Positions 59,840-64,000 of a stretch of DNA of 64,000 nucleotides are shown piece by piece. Source of the DNA: an uncultured virus (IMG/VR IMGVR_UViG_3300025018_000154) (lineage: Duplodnaviria; Heunggongvirae; Uroviricota; Caudoviricetes). Below the pieces are notes generated by a model that made no database searches, had not been told where the DNA came from, and was given only the letters and a program-made list of their open reading frames with translations. The position numbers and the translations under genes are program-made. Within the stretch, counting starts at the first letter, position 1; each line of letters begins with the position of its first letter. Location of the stretch: the IMG/VR virus record IMGVR_UViG_3300025018_000154, one strand, 5' to 3'.

Positions 59840-60115
59840 GGGCCAGCTCGGCCGCCGGGGGCGAGGGCGAGGGCCGCCAGCTCGGCCGCGATCCGGGGCG
59901 AGGGCGTGGGCCAGCTCGGCCGGGCGTCATGAGGGGGCGAGGGCCGCCAGCTCGGCCGGGCGTCATGAGGGCCGCCAGCTCGGCCGCCGTGGGGCCGCCT
60001 TCAGCTCGGCCGGGGGCGAGGGCGTGGGGCCGCCTTCAGCTCGGCCGGGGGCGAGGGCGTGGGGCCGGGCGGACGTGCGAACGCCCCCGGCGGGCGGCCG
60101 AGGGCGTGGGGCGGA
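59840..60115. repeat. Non-coding GC-rich array of CAGCTCGGCCG and GAGGGCGTGGG units
   Basis: Seven CAGCTCGGCCG copies between 59844 and 60050, about 26-36 bp apart. Confidence 0.85.
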
Positions 60116-60117
60116 TA

Positions 60118-60142
60118 TGAAAACGCCCCCGGGCCGGGGGCG
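60118..60142 (-). terminator. Putative intrinsic terminator of the right-end operon
   Basis: CGCCCCC stem with GGGGGCG, followed by TTTT on minus. Confidence 0.55.
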
Positions 60143-60156
60143 CGGGGGCGTGGGTT

Positions 60157-60375
60157 TCAACGGCGGCCGGTTTTTCGGTCTAACTCTTCAGACGGCCCTG
60201 GCCGGGCCAGATAGGTGACGCCCGCGACAAGGGCGAAGGCGAGGGCGTGCGGGGGTCCTTTCCAGAATAGCGCGACGGCGGCCGCGAGGGCGAAGGCGAG
60301 GCAAAGGAAACGGGCCGCGCCCTCGGCCGCCATATGCCCCCGCAACCGGGCGCGCGTTCGGTTGCGTTCCGTCAT
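60157..60375 (-). CDS. Small membrane protein
   Basis: Two hydrophobic segments; ATGA-coupled. Confidence 0.6.
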   Translation of the reverse strand: MTERNRTRARLRGHMAAEGAARFLCLAFALAAAVALFWKGPPHALAFALVAGVTYLARPGPSEELDRKTGRR

Positions 60376-61508
60376 GCCGGGAACCGTTCAACGCCCGCGC
60401 CCTCGCAAAATGCCGCCCGGGCGTCCGCGTCCGGGTAGAAAATGAAGGGCGACTCGTCGCCTTCAGCAAGGCGGGCACGCTCGGCCATAAGCTCGGCCCG
60501 GGCCGCCAGCTTGCCCCGGATCGCCTCGCAAAAAATAGCGTGAGTCCGGGGCATTTCCTCGGCCGTTGCCGCGTGCAATCTGTTTTGACGCAATGCCGCC
60601 AAAACCTCGGCCCGGATCGCCGCGAGGCGTTCGCCCGCGTCCGCCCACGCGGAACCGGCCCCCCATGCGGTTTTATATTCCCGTTCCGCCTCGGCCACGG
60701 TTTCGGCCATGCTATCGGCCCGGCGGGCGCAATCCTCGGCCGCCTCTTCAGCGTCCGACTCCTCGCGGCCCTCGGCCACAACGGCGGCCCGCATGTCGAA
60801 TTGCGCGCCCCCTTGGCAATCGTCGCCTAACCGCCAGCCCGGAACAAAAACCGCCCGGCCGTCGCGCCCGCGCAACTGGCCCACGACTCCCACGATAAGC
60901 CCGGAACCGTCGCGGAACGACTCGCCGTGCGGGTTGTCATAATATCCCGTATGGCCGAGGCGGGCGAGGGCGTGGGCGTCGCGGATATTGCGAACCGTGC
61001 CGCCGTCATAAAGGGCGAAGAATTGCCCGCCCTTGTCGCCCGCCGCCATATGCCGGGGGCCGCCCTCGCCTTGCCAGAATCCCGCGCCATAATCCGGCCC
61101 GGGGGCCGCGCATAGATTGCGAAGGCGGGCAACCTCGGCCCGGGCGCGGGCGTGCCGCCGTTCGGCCATGTCATAGGCCCCGGCGGCCGCCGTTACCGCT
61201 TGCGCGGCCGCCTCATATGCCGGGCCGCCCTCGCGGGCCAGCGATTGCGCCGCGAGCTTTGCCGCGTTCGATTCCTCGCGGGCGTGATCGCGGGCGACGG
61301 CCGAGTCTTCATACTCGGCCCGGGCGTCGCGGAACGCGGCAAGGTTCGCCCGCGCCTTGTGCAAGGCATAGGCGGCCGCGCCTTTCCCGTCATGGGGCGA
61401 GTCGTATCGCTGGCCCATGAAGGCGGGCAAGGGCGCGGCCGTCTGAAGGGCGGACGCGGGGGCCGGGAACGTCCGGGCGCGGGCAAAGGCGGTTGCGAGG
61501 TTTTCCAT
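60372..61508 (-). CDS. Ala-rich hypothetical protein (early region)
   Basis: GAAGGA RBS before MENLAT; HTGYYDN..GVVGQL core. Confidence 0.75.
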   Translation of the reverse strand: MENLATAFARARTFPAPASALQTAAPLPAFMGQRYDSPHDGKGAAAYALHKARANLAAFRDARAEYEDSAVARDHAREESNAAKLAAQSLAREGGPAYEAAAQAVTAAAGAYDMAERRHARARAEVARLRNLCAAPGPDYGAGFWQGEGGPRHMAAGDKGGQFFALYDGGTVRNIRDAHALARLGHTGYYDNPHGESFRDGSGLIVGVVGQLRGRDGRAVFVPGWRLGDDCQGGAQFDMRAAVVAEGREESDAEEAAEDCARRADSMAETVAEAEREYKTAWGAGSAWADAGERLAAIRAEVLAALRQNRLHAATAEEMPRTHAIFCEAIRGKLAARAELMAERARLAEGDESPFIFYPDADARAAFCEGAGVERFPA

Positions 61509-61509
61509 A

Positions 61510-61603
61510 GTGAGTCCTTCAGGTTGTGCCCCGGGGGGCGGGTTGTCGCCTCTCATGAGGGCGGGAACGGGGGCGGGTTGTCCGCCCCCTAACCGGCCGT
61601 CAC
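61510..61603 (-). repeat. Conserved structured intergenic leader, copy 1
   Basis: Near-identical to 63847-63942, with three hairpins and the RBS. Confidence 0.8.
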
Positions 61604-61722
61604 GCCTTGCGGGCGTAGTATATCCAACGGCCCCCGGGCGATTGCCGCCGGGCGTTGTCAGAATTGCGGAGTCCGCCCCGTTGCCGCCAGCTCGCGGCCG
61701 TGATGCGAGTCCAGCCGGTCAC
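61600..61722 (-). CDS. 40-aa basic hypothetical protein
   Basis: GTGA-coupled; MTGWTRITAASWRQRGGLRNSDNARRQSPGGRWIYYARKA; below the ORF-track cutoff. Confidence 0.55.
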   Translation of the reverse strand: MTGWTRITAASWRQRGGLRNSDNARRQSPGGRWIYYARKA

Positions 61723-61868
61723 GCCTTGCACGCTCGCGAGCTGGCGGCATATGAGGCGGACGAGTCGGCCGCGTTATATTCCCGGGCGAGGCGGAACGCC
61801 TCGGCCATTGTCTCGGCCGAGTCCACGGTTTCAACGTCGCGGCCGTCATGGCGATTCACGTATGGCAT
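61719..61868 (-). CDS. 49-aa hypothetical protein
   Basis: AAAGGACTCAC RBS; MPYVNRHDGRDVETVD...RACKA. Confidence 0.65.
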   Translation of the reverse strand: MPYVNRHDGRDVETVDSAETMAEAFRLAREYNAADSSASYAASSRACKA

Positions 61869-61922
61869 TGTGAGTCCTTTCCTGAAGGGGGGCCGCCCGG
61901 ATCGCCCGGGCGGCCGGTTGCG

Positions 61923-63842
61923 TTAGGCGTGGGCGCGGGTTTCGGTTGTATCGGCCGGGGCCAGCTCGGCCACGCCTAACCGTTCCGCAAGGGCGGAAAC
62001 CTCGGCCCACGCGATCCGGTGGCAACCGGCCCGGAATCCGCCGTCGGATTCTACCCGGTCAATTCGGAATTGCCCGACAGGAAGAGTCCGGCCGTTCGCT
62101 TGCCACGCCTCGCCCTTGTCGCGGCACGCCTTCAGGAACCGGAACGCCCGCAAGGCGTGGGCGAGGGGCACGCGCGCCCCTTGCGAGGTTTCCAGCTCGC
62201 CCCCCGTGATCGCCCCGGCCGCGTCGCGTTCGACTCCGTTCGCCCGGATATAGGCGGAACCGTCGGGCAAGGCGCGGGGCGTATGGCGGGCCAGCTCGGC
62301 CGGAACGCGGCCGCCGTCGCGCCATATCCGCAACGCCTCGGCCCGGGCGCGTTCGGTTTCCTCGGCCGCGATCCGGGCAAGCTCGGCCCGTTCGGTTTTC
62401 TCGGCCGCCTTCAGCTTGTCCGCCAGCTCGCGGAACCGTTCGGGAGTCCATCCGGCAACGGCCCACGCCCCCGGGATAGGGTAAAGCGAACCGGGGCGGA
62501 AACCGGCCGAGGCATAACGCCCGGCCGCGCGCGCGCCCTCGGCCATAAGGGCGGCCCGTTCGCCCGGGTTGCCCTCGCCCGCCGGGATTGTCACGGCCGC
62601 CCGGATTGCCGCCAGCTCGCGACGGCGGGCGGCCCGGGTTTCCGCCTTGCGGCAATCGTCGCCCACGGAGTCCAGCTCGGCCGCCAGCGTATGAAGGCGG
62701 GCCGCCAGCTCGGCCGGGTTGTGCCCCGCGATCCGGGCCGCCGGGGCCGCCCATGCGCCGCGCATGTCATCCGCCGGGATAAGGGCGGCCGCCAGCTCGC
62801 GCGCCTTATCCGCGCCCCGGTCAATATCATATGCGCCCCCGGGCCGGTTGCCGCCCGTTACCTTGACTCGAACCTCGCGCCCCTCGCGGAACGCCTCGGC
62901 CACGCGGACGCCCTCGCGAACGCCCGCAACCCGGCCTCGCCAGATTGCGAGTCGGTTCGCCCTCATGTCCGCCGCGTCAAAGGCGGGCAACGTGGCCCGG
63001 ATCGCGGCCCGGACGGCGGACGCCTTGCGAACGCGGGCCACGTGCCCGGCCGCCTTGCCCGCCTTCATTGCGCGCAATATCTCGCGGCCCACGCTTTCCC
63101 ATTGGCCCGACTCATATGCGACGGCCCCGCCCTTGCCCGCAACCCGGCGGGCGTCCGCCGTCATACGTTCCACAACCTCGGCCGGATTCGTCCGGGCGAA
63201 CCTTGCGAGGGCCGCCAGCTCGGCCCGGGTTTTCGCCTTTGCCTTTTCAACGGCGGCACGCTCGGCCGCCTTGCCCGCCTTTGCCACAATGGCGGCCGCC
63301 CGCCGTTCCGGGTTGTCCGCTTGTGCCGCCTTCAAAACCTCGGCCACGCTGGCGGCAATGTCCGCCCGGCCCTCGGCCGAGGCGTTGCGCGGATCGCCGG
63401 GCAGGTTGTCCGGTTTCGCAAAATGCGCGGCAAGGCGCGGCACGGCATAGCGGGCAACCTCGCGGGCGTTCGGTTCGCCATATTCCGACGGGAAACAACC
63501 GGGATTCAGACGGGGCGAGGCATTGCGCAAGGCGTCCGCCAGAATCTCGGCCACGGGATTCAGGTTCGGAATCCAAACGCGGCCCCGGTGGCGGGTTGCG
63601 CTTGCCGCGTTTGAAACGTGCCGCGAGGTTGAAACGGAATAGGAGTCCGCATTGATAAGGGCGACGCCCACGCCCGCCGGATTGCCCGGGGCCGGGGCCA
63701 GATACGCCGCGACATAATGGCGGCCATATGAATAAAGGGCGCGGCCCTCAAAAAATAGATTCCCGTTATGCGAACGCCCCGACTCTTGCGAGAATTGCGC
63801 GAAAACATGGGCTGTCATAGCGTTGTCAAATACCGTTGCCAT
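61923..63842 (-). CDS. Large Ala-rich hypothetical protein (early region)
   Basis: 639 aa; LYSYGRHY, YSVSTSRH, LETSQGARVP, AGCHRIAW; GAAGGA RBS. Confidence 0.8.
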   Translation of the reverse strand: MATVFDNAMTAHVFAQFSQESGRSHNGNLFFEGRALYSYGRHYVAAYLAPAPGNPAGVGVALINADSYSVSTSRHVSNAASATRHRGRVWIPNLNPVAEILADALRNASPRLNPGCFPSEYGEPNAREVARYAVPRLAAHFAKPDNLPGDPRNASAEGRADIAASVAEVLKAAQADNPERRAAAIVAKAGKAAERAAVEKAKAKTRAELAALARFARTNPAEVVERMTADARRVAGKGGAVAYESGQWESVGREILRAMKAGKAAGHVARVRKASAVRAAIRATLPAFDAADMRANRLAIWRGRVAGVREGVRVAEAFREGREVRVKVTGGNRPGGAYDIDRGADKARELAAALIPADDMRGAWAAPAARIAGHNPAELAARLHTLAAELDSVGDDCRKAETRAARRRELAAIRAAVTIPAGEGNPGERAALMAEGARAAGRYASAGFRPGSLYPIPGAWAVAGWTPERFRELADKLKAAEKTERAELARIAAEETERARAEALRIWRDGGRVPAELARHTPRALPDGSAYIRANGVERDAAGAITGGELETSQGARVPLAHALRAFRFLKACRDKGEAWQANGRTLPVGQFRIDRVESDGGFRAGCHRIAWAEVSALAERLGVAELAPADTTETRAHA

Positions 63843-63846
63843 ATCG

Positions 63847-63942
63847 TGAGTCCTTCAGGTTGTGCCCCTATCCGGGGCGGGTTGTCGCCTCTCATGAGGG
63901 CGGGAAGGGCGGCCCGTGGGGGCCGCCTAACCGGCCGTCACG
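63847..63942 (-). repeat. Conserved structured intergenic leader, copy 2
   Basis: Matches 61510-61603 with a different hairpin-1 sequence. Confidence 0.8.
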
Positions 63943-64000
63943 TGACGGGATGGAACCGGGCCAGAATTGCGGCCACGTCGCCCGCTAGGGCCGTTTCCAG

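Noticed and set aside
59516..60115. CRISPR array or mini-array
   Set aside because: The 34-bp repeats are separated by only 5 bp; the GC-rich units have similar rather than unique spacers; no cas operon
1..64000. Integrase, att site, partition genes, tRNAs or host flanking DNA
   Set aside because: None recognised; the remaining right end lies outside the window, so lifestyle cannot be settled

Overview
The window is most of a GC-rich, lambda-head-type siphophage genome with Chi-like (Casjensviridae-type) gene order, apparently starting at the left cohesive end. A GapR homologue and a Rhodobacteraceae-like NrdJ point to an alphaproteobacterial host. Layout: cos-like end and iteron-rich putative origin (1-500); primase-helicase and Cro-like gene (minus strand); replication, packaging, head, tail and lysis genes (plus strand, 3.6-43 kb); accessory and nucleotide-metabolism genes (minus strand, 43-59.4 kb), including an MT-A70 methylase, GapR, an acyl carrier protein, ThyX, a TOPRIM protein and an intein-containing NrdJ; and a compositionally distinct right-end block (59.66-64 kb, cut by the window edge). 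No integrase, tRNA or CRISPR array was seen. The most unusual signals are: (1) 14 mostly DNA-associated proteins share an acidic x-[LM]-[VI] C-terminus; (2) the right-end block is nearly free of several asymmetric tetramers, rich in GANTC and a CAGCTCGGCC motif, bounded by a 34-bp direct repeat, and has repeated structured leaders, which suggests a first-injected region; (3) a subtilisin fused to two SPRY-like domains and two VWA insertions in the tail module; (4) a C5 methylase encoded in two overlapping frames; (5) a Gln-ending intein. All family calls come from motif recognition by eye, and all counts are manual.
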